A DNA stretch of 64,000 bases from Octopus sinensis. Its lineage: Eukaryota. Below are positions 27,058 to 40,241 of this stretch, in pieces. The translations under genes were made by a program, and so were the position numbers. Under the pieces are notes generated by a model, which was given only the letters and a program-made list of their open reading frames with translations, was not told where the DNA came from and did no database searches. Numbering within the stretch: the stretch's first letter is position 1; the number at the start of each line of letters is the position of its first letter. The stretch spans positions 58,776,001 through 58,840,000 of the forward strand of contig NC_042997.1 in NCBI RefSeq assembly GCF_006345805.1, read 5' to 3'.

Positions 27058-27430
27058 TAGAAGCTCTACCTGGACCCTCAATACTACACACTATCCAAAA
27101 AAATAGCCCTGCTAAAAATAGCTCACATCCAAGCAAAACACTATCAATTCAATAATACAACCCAAACAAAACAATCCATAAACATATGACACTCAATATA
27201 GCAAATATTCCATAAAATAAGCAACCACCAATAAGCTGGATATCCAGCAGAGTACAACTCGCATTACACACACAACGCACAGTATAAACAATAATACAAT
27301 AATACACCAGACCCCATAACAAAGGAAACTGGCGCAATACAATACCAGAAAGAGTTTGCGCTTCTCCAACAACAAAAGAGAACACACAAAAAGGTACTAG
27401 CGTTGAAAATAATTCTTGGTATAAAAAAAA
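27057..27430 (+). mobile_element. Older, extremely 5'-truncated R4/Dong 3' end starting directly after a (TAA)n array
   Basis: After (TAA)n at ~26980-27056 the sequence reads EALPGPSILHTIQK / IALLKIAHI / SKTLSIQ* (two frameshifts), matching the C-terminus TPGLTNTYNIQKIALLGTAHILRRALSIQ* of the 4868-5594 element. The 3' boundary is uncertain. Confidence 0.7.
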
Positions 27431-28176
27431 AAAAGCAATGAAAACAACCCTTGATTGATTTAAAACTGAAGAATGGAATACGGTGAACACACAGGATGTG
27501 TTTTAATTTTATTACATATACTGTGCGAAGATTTGTCTTACTGATATTAGGCAGACATTCTCTGATTAGATAAGGTAAATTAATAAAAAGAAAACTTTCC
27601 TATGGGTATCTTCTGCATAAAAAACAAATAATTAACTGTGGACTAACATACACAATATGGTAAACAAAAATAAAATAATCAATTAAAATTATGAAAGTAA
27701 AAAAAGAAATCCTTAGCTTTATCGCAAAGAGTAGACATGGCTGTCTGGTAAAACTTTTGCTTCCTAACTACATGTTTCAAGGAGCTAAAAATAGAGGGGA
27801 CAAACAAGGACAGACAAAAGGATTAAGTCGATTAGATCGACTCCAGTGCGCAACTGGTACTTAATTCATCGACCCCGAAAGGATGAAAGGTAAAGTCGAC
27901 CTCGGCGGAGTTTGAACTCAGAACGTAACGGTAGACGAAATACCGCTAAGCATTTCGGCCGACGTGCTAATGATTCTGCCAACACGCTGCTTTTCAGGGA
28001 TCACCTTGGCAAGTAGAAAATACCTTGCCTAACTTGACAAGCAGATGATAAATTGGGCAGGTATCTCCTACAACAGGCACGGGCCAACCATAACTTCGTG
28101 AGTGAATTTGGTAGATAGATGCTGAAAGAAACCCATTACGTGTGTGTGTGTTATCGATGTCACATACTGGATGCAC

Positions 28177-28632
28177 GTGAGTTGTTAAATGCTTTTTGGT
28201 TGCGGCATTTCGTCTAGTGAATGTTCTTTTTAAAGACAGCGTGTTGAAAAACACAGTATATTTCAAAGCCAAGTAAGACGAATCGCCCCAGGGGTGAATG
28301 AGAACAACAGACATCGACATTTCGCTGTTATTTCAGCTCATCAGCAGCGTATATATGATTCGTCCTCGAGACGAATTCAAATCGCTGGCAGATAGCGTAA
28401 AATCAAGCTGTTGATGCGTAACAACACCGCACAACTAAAACAAACTGAATTCGTCTCGTGGACGAATCGATTATGTAGCGCCGATAAGCTGAAATAACTG
28501 CGAAATATCTAAATCTGTCGTTCTCGTTCACCTCCAGGGCAATCCGTTTGGCCTGATTTTATACTGTTTTTCAACACACAGCTTTCGCTGGACGAAATAC
28601 CGCAGTAAATAAAAAAGCGTTTAACAACACAC
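28177..28632. mobile_element. Foldback element (~190-200-bp arms, 66-bp spacer) with a hammerhead core in each arm, lying between fragments of a family B SINE
   Basis: 28177-28379 aligns to the reverse complement of 28446-28632. Left arm, minus strand: CTGATGA-GCTG-aaataa-CAGC-GAAA-tgtcgatg-TC. Right arm, plus strand: CCGATAA-GCTG-aaataa-CTGC-GAAA-tatctaaa-TC. Confidence 0.85.
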
Positions 28633-30386
28633 ATTAAGTACGTAATATCGATAATGTTTGCATTATAGAACTGCTTCTAACTCAGACTTTAAATTTTGGT
28701 TATGTAAGTATGTATGTGTGTTTTTAAGTTTGTGTTTCTCCCCTACAACCGCTTGACAACCAATGTTGGTTTGTTTACATCCTTGTAAATTAGTGATTCG
28801 GCAAAAGAAACGGACAGAATAAGTACCAAGTTTTAAAACTAAGAACTGAGATCGACTAGTTCGACTAAAACCATTCAAGGAGGTACCCCGGGACAGCCGC
28901 TATCCAAAAATTGAAAACAAGTAAAAAATAAAACATTAATGACAATATTTATTCTGAAATACAAGGGAGATCACTCGGAGATGCAAAGCCATTAAAAAAT
29001 GTTAATGGAAACATGTAGTGGAAAGTGAGATACTTACAGAATTCAAAAGATTATAATTCTAAGTGAAAACATTCACTGGTTGGGTAATTTAAAATAGTAA
29101 ATTGGAAAATGTTTTCCTTGGGTATATTCTATATAATGTGATAAACAAAAATATAATATAATCAAAATGATGAAAATATAAAAAAACATTAGCATGAGTG
29201 AACATGTTTATCAAGATATACAAGGGGGACAATAAAAATCCATAGAAAATTTAAATGGAATTATGTGGTAGAGAGCGAATCTGATAGTCTGAACTTTGGC
29301 AAATACATCGACTACGTAAATCTGGCAAGCTAACATGAAACAATTTTATTTTGCTGCATGAAAAAAAAATATACAAGAGAGTGAGATAGAGCGAGAAAGA
29401 AATTTTAACCTCTCTTCTAATATGCAAAAATAATTTGCTGTTCAGTTGAAATAAAGGGGGAAAAATTAAATCTAAACTGAAGTATGTGAAGTTAACAGAA
29501 CATACTTTAATGTTTATAACATTTAAAGCATTATTTCTGCTATATAAACTTCCAAATTTATGTATGCCTGTCTACCGGAGTATGCGCGTGTGTGTATATA
29601 TGCTATTTGACATATTTTATCTTGTAGCCGCTTCTATTTTTCCATTAACTGCTCCTTTTGCTGCGGCTAATTTAAACTTTATATTCTGTTTTTGTTGCCG
29701 TTACAGTAAATAAAAGCTGTTTTTTTTTTATTCTTTCTAAAACTTTTACATTTACCTTTTTTTTTTACAAACATTAATTAACCAATTTACTATTATAAGA
29801 TTCTTGTTCCAAATAGTTTCGTAAACTATTTGTTTAAGTTCTGAACTATCAAAGTTTGGCTAACTGTTCTATATCCTCTGCCTCCTCTTTCCTCTCTACC
29901 ACGTCCTTTTTTCGCCGTCGTTGTTTGTTGGTGGTGTTGCCGTCGTTGTGAAATCCTTCGTTGTCAGGTAAGATGTTCAAATGGTTTGTTCATGTTCGTG
30001 GTGGCAGCGGCTTTGGTGGGGGTTATTGTGGTAGTCGTCGTCGTCAGGGAGGTGCTGGTAATGGCGGTTACGTGGTGGTTGCTGGCGGAGCAGGATATGT
30101 GTTTAGCATAAGACATTTTGTCACACACCAAACCATTACATGAAAACTATAGTATTCAACACGACAGCCCGGTTCCAATGCCGAGGGCTAACTAATGTTA
30201 AAAGTCTGGAATGATGTCGAAGAATGAAATTGTTTGCTGCTGCAGCCCATCCCCCCCATCTGATAGGAGAACCTGAATTCAGGACAGCGAATGAAACACC
30301 TGTGAGTCGTGCAGTGTTTTATATTTTATATGGCGTTCATTTGTACCTAAGCGTGGTTCCATGAGGTAACGAAGGAGCCTCTACGT

Positions 30387-30425
30387 CAGGCATAGGCAAA
30401 CTTTATCAAGAAGCGGGCCGCATGA
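30387..30425 (+). mobile_element. Possible hAT-type terminal sequence (single end)
   Basis: caggcataggcaaacttt...gcgggccgca resembles hAT/Charlie-type 5' termini. No matching second TIR seen. Confidence 0.3.
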
Positions 30426-31097
30426 TACGTGGATCATCATCAGGTGATCTTCCGTTAGGCGTTCCATTCAAAAAGTCTCGCAGGTCACAGGTTATGCATG
30501 ACTGCTTTACGCGGTCATATGACAAGTGCTCGGCACACAGGACACCTGCCCAAGGCCTTCAACGACCTAGGGGCCCAATTCTAATCTATGCATGCTGTGA
30601 CTCGCTGTCAATGACTAAATACTATAGGTCCCCATGTATTGACCTGTCAGGGGTCTACTACAATGCTGCTCAGACGTCCCTACATACGACATGACTGATA
30701 GAGCGTTCAAATCTTTATCAAATCACACCTTACTGTCTTAAAAAGAGATAGGAAATAATGGCTAATGTAGTTCTAAATGCATTATACATGAAAAAGAGAT
30801 GAGATGGTTACGGTTGCTTGATCAGAAATGACATGGTGCTAAACAACAGTAATATCAGCAATAAGACATTGTTGCTATTTAGGTAAACAGATTCGGTGCA
30901 ACTATGAGTTAATTAGTCTATTGGTTAAGGCAACTGTGGCTACATGCGTGTGCTCGCACACACACAAGCGTGCGCGTACATATGATTTGTTTCATTGACA
31001 CAAATTTGCATATTTATCGGGAGAAGCTGTGGTAGAAATAATCAACACTAAATAAAATTGACGGGTAAAAATGAAGCTTCTCATAAGCTTCTTGCGT

Positions 31098-31212
31098 CAT
31101 CATCATGTTCATCATCATCCTCATCCTCATCCTCATCATCATCATCATCATCGTCATCACCATCATCATCCTCATCATTATCATCATCGTCATCATCCTC
31201 TTCATCATCATT

Positions 31213-31261
<49 letters not shown>

Positions 31262-31275
31262 CCATCCTCATCATT
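31098..31275. repeat. (CAT)n microsatellite; similar at ~37860-38045
   Basis: Visible tandem units. Confidence 0.95.
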
Positions 31276-33399
31276 ATCTCTGGCATCCCTCGATATCATG
31301 CATTTGTCTCCACTGAATTTATCATTGTGCTTTAGGACGACTGTACTAGCCTATATTTGACTTTAAAAACGCTGACGATGAAGACATGAAAATTGGAATG
31401 CTGCTAACTCTTATGAATTCTCGTTATCAGCCTGGTTCCATCTCTCGATGTCTTCCTCTTTCAACTTTCATTTCGCGGCTACTTTGAAAGAAATTGCACC
31501 CAATGTGACATTTAATCTTTAGCGCAAATATCTGCAGCAACAAAAGTACACGAAGAAATAGTTTTAAATTGCAACATCGAACAAAATATAGATCTCCATT
31601 ATTATTATTATGTTTTTATTTTATTTTTGTCGTTTTGTCTGGGAAGTCTTGTTACATTATAGCATACATGTCATCTTATAGTCCCCGCAGTCATAATTTA
31701 GATTGTAATTAGTCTGTCGCCAAAGTTTTACTTTTTTATTTTCTTTTTGGTTATAAATGCTCACCGATTACCTTGAGATGTCTCATTTTACAGAAGCTAA
31801 TCCTAGCTTTCATGGCGTAGCGTAGTTAAATAACAGATTTCTGTTATCTGGATAAAACGAGCTAATGTAAGATACTGTATAAGGTTTCTTGGCTTACTAA
31901 AAACAGCAGAAAAGTTTTCCTCAAGTAACCCCATCTTCTCTTTAAAAAAGAGAAGGAAATATTGGTTAATATAGTTAGAGATGTATTGCAACAAATAAAA
32001 GGTGGAATGGTCAAGGTTGATAAGCCTTTGGCCATAGAGCTACTCAATCTGATTTGTCCTGAGGCTAAACAATATCAACAACGAAAAATAACTTATTGTG
32101 CTTCCCAAGTATCTTATCTCAGTCATGGAAAAATAAGGAATCTTCACTTATAAAGCTCCACTTCTTATCGTTATGAAGTCTACTTACATTTCCTTAGGTT
32201 TAAAATTCTAAGTAAAGTAGCATTACACATATAAAGGATTATGATATGGAAAATATCCACCTTCCTGCCAGTAAGCAGGAGCTCCCATAACTAGACCAAC
32301 TACGACTAATGGAACACTTGCTATGAATTAGCAGAATCGTTAGAGATTCAAACAAAATGTCTTGCGGTGTCGGTGAGTGTTAATGGTAGTTGGTGGTGAT
32401 TGCTTGTAGTTGCTTTTAATCTACGAAAGGTTGATAAAATAAAGCAGCAGTCATGTACCGGAGTCGATATACTCGACTGGTTCCCTGCACCACCCACTCC
32501 GACATATCGAAGTATTTGTGTCTGTGTTAAAAATTAATATTAATAACACGGCCAGGACAAGGGATTGGCAAACTCATTAGAATGTCAGGGAAAAAAACTG
32601 CCTTGGGGTGTTTGTTTCTAGACCTTTATGTTCTGAGTTCAGATCCTGCTGAATTTAACTTTGACTTTCATCCTTGTGGAGTTGATTATATATAGTACCA
32701 GTTAAGTGCTGGGACTGATTTAATGGGCTAATCTTATCACCATACACACAGAGGAAATTTTAGCCTTGTATCTATGCCACAAATCAATATTGATATCAAA
32801 CGTAAGTCTGGGTCTTTTTTAACGTTCCTGAAAAGAACATCTGCTAGTGTCCCTCCGTTCTTTATTTTAATTGTCTTTAGAGCTGTAGAAGTAAAATGAG
32901 TTTTATTTCTGACGCATTTTTAAAGACAGTAATTTCTAAAGAAAAAATTAGAAGTGAAGAAATCAAATACCTTAGCTAATTCTAACTCTTGTTAAATACG
33001 TTATGCAATGTTTACTCTTAGCATATTATTCTGTACTGTCTCGACGTCCTGAATTTAAATTCCAAAAATCGCCTTTGCTTTTCATTCTATCATATCTGTG
33101 AAATAGATACTGTTAATATACACATCGGTGTTGATTTAATCAGCAGTATGAAGATTGGCTTTGTACCAGTCGTGTAAACGAAGCAAATAATTGTGTAACA
33201 TCAATTTGCTATATATAATTACAGTTTGCCACATTAAGAAATGTAGCCAACACGATACTTGTCATTAATCAAAACTATATCCTTATTTAGAAAAAGTAAA
33301 CATTGTTGAAGAATATTTAGCTCAACCAAACAAAAGCAAAAAGGACCACTAAAACTTATTTTGTAATGGGTTGATACACGAATTAAAATTAGAATAGGC

Positions 33400-34300
33400 C
33401 ATATAAAGGAAAACTACCCAGTACTCTGTCCAAGAAAATGCCACACAAAATTTTGCACTCTTACTTCTTCCACCGTTTCTTAAATTACAATATAGAAGCA
33501 CGGCTCCATCGCAACTTGCATTTTGCAGACGATATCAACAAAATGGGAATCAGAGAAATAGAATTCTTGGAAGGCACCCATAGCCTGGAAAGTACGCCAG
33601 GAATATCCGAAATAGAGGTCTGTTAAGAAAAAGCGCGATTCTGATCAACAGACACAAACAAAATACCGAGGCCAACATCCTATTGAACGGATTAAGCTTA
33701 AAGTAGATAATATTAAATACGTTGTGCCAACTTTAAATAAAGACGATAACTCAGTAAAAGAGTCCAAAACAAGACACGGTCTGACCTCATTTACCATGGC
33801 AAAGATCAGCGTCATATGAAAAAGTAGGTCTATCAGTTTTACCTTGAAGCTTTTCTGTCTTTATGAACTGGAGCAAAAGCTGAACACTTTCAATCTACAC
33901 GAACGAAGAGTGCAGGCGTTCGGTTACAAGAACCTCAGAACACAGGCCGTAAGACAAAAAGCTCTGTTAGACAGCAGGTGACTAAGTATCGTGGAAGGAT
34001 GCCTGGCAGCAAGTAACCAAACCACAAGCAGGAGCCCTCCAATGCCGAAAGCGCACCTAGTACCGACATGAATCTTCCCATGATTCCCTGTCCCCAGCCA
34101 TTATTCAGGACACAAATGGAAGAGCAGGAAGGAAAGGAAGACTAAGAAAATATTAGTCCGACATCAAGGGTTAAATAGGTTTCAACACCTAGGCCTTGCT
34201 ATGTGTGATATAACGAAGAACAGGGATCAGCGGCGCTTACTGACTGGCATAACGTCAAGGCTGGTATACCTGCCCCAGGGACTGGCTGTGATAGGCACGG
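33400..34300 (+). pseudogene. RTE-clade LINE 3' fragment (RT C-terminal half), decayed, followed by (GAT)n/(GAG)n
   Basis: RNLHFADDINKMG (FADD at 33522-33533), ERRVQAFGYK (~33900), IIQD..GR.GRKGRLRKY*SDIK (~34105-34170). Confidence 0.75.
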
Positions 34301-35176
34301 GATGATAATGAGGATAGTGATGTGGATGAGGATGATAATGATGATGATGATAATGATGATGATGAGGAGGAGGAGGAGGAGGAGGAGGAGGAGGAAGCGG
34401 AGGAGAAGGAAGATGAAGGAAGAGGAGGAGGAGGCGGGGGAGGAGGGGGGAGGAAGCGAAGGAGAAGGAAGATGGAGGAGGAGGATATTTCAGTATGTGA
34501 CTCGATAAGCTTTATGAATTTACCTTGTCCAATAAATGTCATGTCACACTGATCGATGGAACTAATAATTTTGTACATTACATTCTGGGTAACGGCTGTG
34601 TTGCACGCAACCCCGCTACACAAAACCAGTTATTTCTCCTTGTTATAATATTATTACTATTATAACACATAGCTAAAACCGTGCATTTGTTATTCATGAG
34701 TTCTGTAACTAAGAAACAAGGGAGAAAAAAACAAAACAAAGTCATCTCCTGGATCACTTTGATGTTCAATAAACAATACTTGTACTTGCAATAGCATTGT
34801 TAAATCAAAACTAACAACGTTTTCATTACTCATGTATTCGAATCAGCTAGTGAAATTATTTTCTGCAAAAAGTATAGTTACCATGGAAACACGAAAATAT
34901 TAGAACCACATTCACAGATGTAATACAATACAATACACTGAATTTCTACGGAATTAGATTACAAAATGCTACACGAACCCACAGAAAGGATATGGTCATT
35001 AAAAAAAAATGTAAAGTCACATAAGTTCAGACATGGCTGTGTAGTTTGGGGTTCAGTCACACTGCAAGGCACCTTGGGAATTTGGCAATAGTTTTTCTAT
35101 TCCTGAGCGTTATACTAATACATCTGTTTGTTTTGTACACCAACTGTCTTCGTCTTTTGTTTTTTTCGTAAACTCT

Positions 35177-35215
<39 letters not shown>

Positions 35216-35452
35216 AATTTTTTGCGTAATAAGATAAAAAACCAAGGCTGTAAGACCTTCTATCTATAAATGCTCTAATATCTACACAGCCTTGGTTTTT
35301 TATCTTATTACACAAAAAATTCTTATATACACACGCTGACATAGAACCAACGCTGAACCCTTTATTCGCAATATTACCGAATCTGGAAGTTAACTATGGT
35401 GTGTCTATAGCACTTATTCAGCATTACCTGACACCTTTAGGTCTCAATGACA

Positions 35453-35489
<37 letters not shown>

Positions 35490-35936
35490 ACTCCCGTCTT
35501 TTTCTTTTCTTTCTACTTCTTTCTCTTCTTTTCCTATTCCTTCTTTTTCTTCGCCGCCTCCTTCCTCGGCTACTGTTGCTTAAACAATCAAAATCGAGAA
35601 CCGACATTCCTCTACACCCTTATTAACTATTTCTTCAGGTCTGCTACTACCTACCGAGCCTTCACAAAAGTAAAAGAGAGAGACAGGCAGACAGACAGAC
35701 AGAAAAAAGGAAAATGTCCTACCAATTTGAAGACTATGGAAATATTTTTTAAAAAAACATTTCATTTGATCTTTCTACGATTCAATTGTTTTTCTTCCTT
35801 TACTCTAAGTTGAAAAAGTCGAAAAAACAGAAACTGGTACTAAAATGTTCTTCATGATAAAATTATTTTAACATTAAATAGATAAACATAAGGACAGGCA
35901 GTTAGGCAGAGAGAGAAACAGACAGACAGACGGTCG

Positions 35937-35939
<3 letters not shown>

Positions 35940-36017
<78 letters not shown>

Positions 36018-36018
36018 G

Positions 36019-36080
<62 letters not shown>
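35940..36080. repeat. (GATA)n microsatellite; others at 54085-54223 and 63925-64000
   Basis: Visible tandem units. Confidence 0.95.
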
Positions 36081-36839
36081 TGTCAACATGTAAGTATATG
36101 TATACATGAATGTGTGTGTGTGTGTGTGTGTGTGTGAAATCATCTGTGTTCTCTCGCCGCTTTACAACCGATTTTGATTTGTTTACGATCTCATAATGAA
36201 TGGGAAAAAAAAATATCGATAGAATAAGTAGTAGACTTAAAACAATACGGAGGTCGATTTAATCAACCAGATACTTCAAGGTTATGCCCACGCATGGTCT
36301 GGTCGCTATGACTGAAACTAGTAATTGCTAAAAGAGTAACAGGGAGGAAAATCATAGGAAAAATGTTGCTGGAAAACTCCAATAAATTACTGCTTTTTGT
36401 GTTTATTGTTATATTTAAGAATATATTACAATGTTTTTTGTTTCGTTGTTATAGTTAAGAAAGAAAATGAAACATTATTATTTTTTTTTTTCATTTCACA
36501 TACGAGTTATGCTATTATATCAATTATGTTGCCATTACGTATAAGCAACATATCGTCTGCAAATAAATGACTTAAAATATCGGTTTCAAATTTTGGCACA
36601 AGGGGATAAGTCTGTTACATTGATCCCAGTGCTCAACTGGTAATTATTTTATCGACTCCGAAAGGATGAAAGGCAAAGTCGACCTCGGCGGAATTTGAAC
36701 TCAGAACGTAAAGACAGTCGAAATGCTGCTAAGCATTTTGCTCGGCGTGCTAACGATTCTGCCAGCTCTCCGTCTTAAATGACTTGAAATATTAATTGCT
36801 TAAATTGCTCGCTATCTACAATTTTGTTTTCGTGACTGT

Positions 36840-37230
36840 CCTCACCTATGATTATGAATGATGGGTAATGATCGAAAGTGAACAATCGCAAATACAAACG
36901 GCCGAATTGGCGTTCCTTCGAAAGATAGCTTGACTAACGTTACCTGACAGGGTGTGTAATTCGGAGATGAGGGTGTCTCTCCATGTCGAGCATTGAGAGG
37001 TATCTAGAATCACAGGAAAGAATCGCAGGACGGATTCTTCAAGTCGAGTCAACTGGCAGTAGACCCAAAGGCAGACCAAGAACGCGATGGCTGGAAAATA
37101 TCCATAATCTTAGTTAGTCACGCTTGGGAATCTAGCTGGAAAGTGTTATGACGGCTGCTTCTGATAGGAGATTATGGAGGATGTACTCGAAGATTCTACC
37201 CAAACGACCCTCTCAGGAATTGTAGGAGGG
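36840..37230 (+). pseudogene. RTE-clade LINE extreme 3' fragment, second lineage
   Basis: LTYDYE*WVM..SEQSQIQTAELAFLRKIA*LTLPDRV, then SQERIA.RILQVESTGSRPKGRPRTRWLENIH, a typical RTE C-terminus. Confidence 0.8.
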
Positions 37231-37811
37231 GTAGGAGGAGGAGAGGAAGAAAGGAAGGAAAGATTGATGAATGGATGGATGGATAGATGAAGGTTCCGTT
37301 ATTAAAGTTATGTAATTTAAATGTGACATTTTTTCCTAGCTAAAATGGTGACTTTTTCCGGCGGTTTATTCCAGTTCACCTACTCCATAACACTACGCTT
37401 CTTAATTTTATAATACACTATACTTTGAGACAACGAAGGAGAGGGCTCCACGTAGTCACTTGATCTGCTGGAATTAGCAACTACATCTCCCTTAAATCGT
37501 ACCTAGCCATCTTAAGGAAAAGGAAAGAGATCACAAAGTTCAAAATCACTAAGCATAAAAAAAGACAAATTAGTCTTGGTTGGAATATCTTTGATCATTT
37601 GTCTGCTAAATCAGTCTTGAGGGTTAAACAGCAATAACATTACATTACGGTATATAAAAAATATCGCTTAACTGTTTCTTCTTAAATTTCCGTGAATATT
37701 TGCTAAATGAATTTTTATTCACGACAATCACAATAATTATTTACGTGGTAAGATCGGCAGATTACCGAACTTGATGCTCGGAAGTATTTATCTATTTACT
37801 TATTTATTTAT

Positions 37812-37852
<41 letters not shown>

Positions 37853-37955
37853 AGTATAATCTTCATCATGATCATGATCATCATCACCACTACCCCCATC
37901 CTCATCATCATTATCATCACCATCATCAGCATCATCTTCATCAATAATAATAATA

Positions 37956-37990
<35 letters not shown>

Positions 37991-39082
37991 TAATAATAAT
38001 AATAACAATAACAATAATGATATCAATGATGATGATGATGAAGAAGAAGGTTTTGAAATTGATTTTGCTTTCATCTCACTGGGGAGCAATAAGTGCTTAT
38101 AATGCACTAGGTTCGATTCCATCGATTATGAATCCCATCCGCCCACACCCATTAAGTTGGTGTCTTGTACTAACAGTAGCAACAGCAACAGTAGCAGCAA
38201 CAGCAACAACAATCGTTTCTGTCACTGTTATATGAACACCAATTTCTCATCAGTGCTCTCTGATGACACGACTAATCGACAACACTAACAACAGCAACAA
38301 CAACCCTTACAGTAGTAACGTGACAACATTTCTGATTTTAAAAAAAGCTATCACCACTACTATCATCATCATCACCATCACCATCACCATTACCACGACC
38401 ATATCAATGACAACAACAGTCGAATATCAAAAATCGATCACTCAGGAAAATTCATAGGAAACCACAAGGAGAAAACAAACAATTTATGATTTGATATTTG
38501 AAGACTTTTGTGTATAAAATATGCTGTTTCCTTATTTACTCAACTAAATCAATAAGATTTTCTATGCAACAAACAGGATACATAATACTAATGACCCATC
38601 ACTACTAGATGATCTATGGCCGGCATAAGCCTGGATGTCGCTAATGGAATAGCGTCATCATTATGAGAATCTGCGTCGTTCAAGCAGATAATTTCGCCAG
38701 ATCTTGTGTTTTATCGTTTGTTATTTTAGTTATTGATATTTTTTTCATTGCTGTCATATTTATTCTGTTGTATAGTTGTATGTTTGGCAATATTCTTGAA
38801 TTATGGTTGTTATTATTACATTAATTGATGCTAGGCTCCCAGAAACTCGGGTTTCCGTGGCGATTTCGATTCCTGATTAGTCTGCAATATTTAATTATCA
38901 GCTTGAATCGTTCTCTCCGTTTGATTTCTTTCATTAGAAATATTCTCTCTGTTGATTTCTTTCATTAGAAATATTTTCTTGAGCTTCAAGTAGAAGAAAA
39001 GACCTCGTATTCGACAATATAGCATTGCATATTACCTTTATCTTTTTTTTTTTTTTTTAGTTTTCTATATCAATCCTAAATG

Positions 39083-39360
39083 GAGGCACATGGCCTCACG
39101 GTCAAAGGACCGCGAGTTCGAATCTCAGACCGGGTGATGTGTGTATTTATGAGCGAAATACCTAAGCTCCACGCGGATCCGGCAGGAGGTAATAGCGAAC
39201 TTCTGCTGACTCTTTCGCTACATATTTCTCTCACCCTTTCCTCCTGCATCTAGCAGCTCACCTGCGACGGACCGGCGTCCCGTCCAGGTGGGGAACTTAT
39301 ACGCCAATGAAACCGGGAAACCGGCCCTTGTGAGCCAGGCATAGCTCGAGAAGTAACAAA
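39083..39360 (+). mobile_element. SINE family C (tRNA head, V-domain-like segment); second copy 61236-61435
   Basis: The copy at 61236 has A-box-like tggcccagtgg and B-box-like gtttcgattcc. Both copies share cagaccgg...gtgt.ttta..gagc.aaa.acctaagct.cacg. 39261-39290 (cctgcgacggaccggcgtcccgtccagg) resembles the V-SINE domain as I recall it. Confidence 0.75.
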
Positions 39361-40210
39361 CAACAAAACATAGCAATCCTAATAATGGTGAATATGATGA
39401 CGACGACGATTGGTAAAAAGGTGGTTAGCAGTGACTCGAGTCAAAATAGTTTTATGGTTGCCATATTTTTGTAATCCTTCTTATAATATTTTGTATGTAC
39501 GTAGAGCGATGAGCTGGCAGAATCGTTCGCATATCGGGGGGAAATGCTTAGCGGCATTTCGTCTGTCGTTACGTTCTGAGTTCAAATTCCGCTAATATCG
39601 ATTTCATCTTCCATCCTTTTGGGATCGATAAAGTAAGTACCACTTGAGCACTGAAGTCGACGTAATAGACTTACCTCTTCCCTCGAAAACTGTTGGCCTT
39701 GTACCAAAATTAGCTGGTCGAATCGTTAGCACACCAGACAAAATGCTTAGCGGCATTTAGTTCGACGTTACGTTCTGAGTTCAAACTCCGCCGGGGTCGA
39801 CTTTGTCGTTCATCATTTCGGGGTCGATAAATTAAGTACCAGTTACACACTGGGGTCGATATAATCGACTTAATCCGTTTGTCCTCTCTGTATTTAGTCC
39901 CTTGTGGGTAGTAAATAAATTTGGTATTTAGCTCGACGTTACGTTCTGTGTTAAAATTCCGCCGGGGTCAACTTTGTCGTTCATCCGTTCGGGATTGGTA
40001 AATTAAGTACCAGTTGAGTACTAGTATCGATCAAATTGACTTACCCCATCCCACGAAATTGCTGGCCTTGTGCCTAAATATGAAACCAATATTTTACATG
40101 TACGTGTGTGGTGATACTGTGTTCTTACGTGAAAGTATATACAATTACAGTGAAATACGTACAAACAAAACACGACTACATATTTGTACCAAATATACAA
40201 ATACACCAAT

Positions 40211-40241
<31 letters not shown>

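Noticed and set aside
38911-38973. ~31-bp tandem duplication
   Set aside because: Only two units; ordinary slippage.
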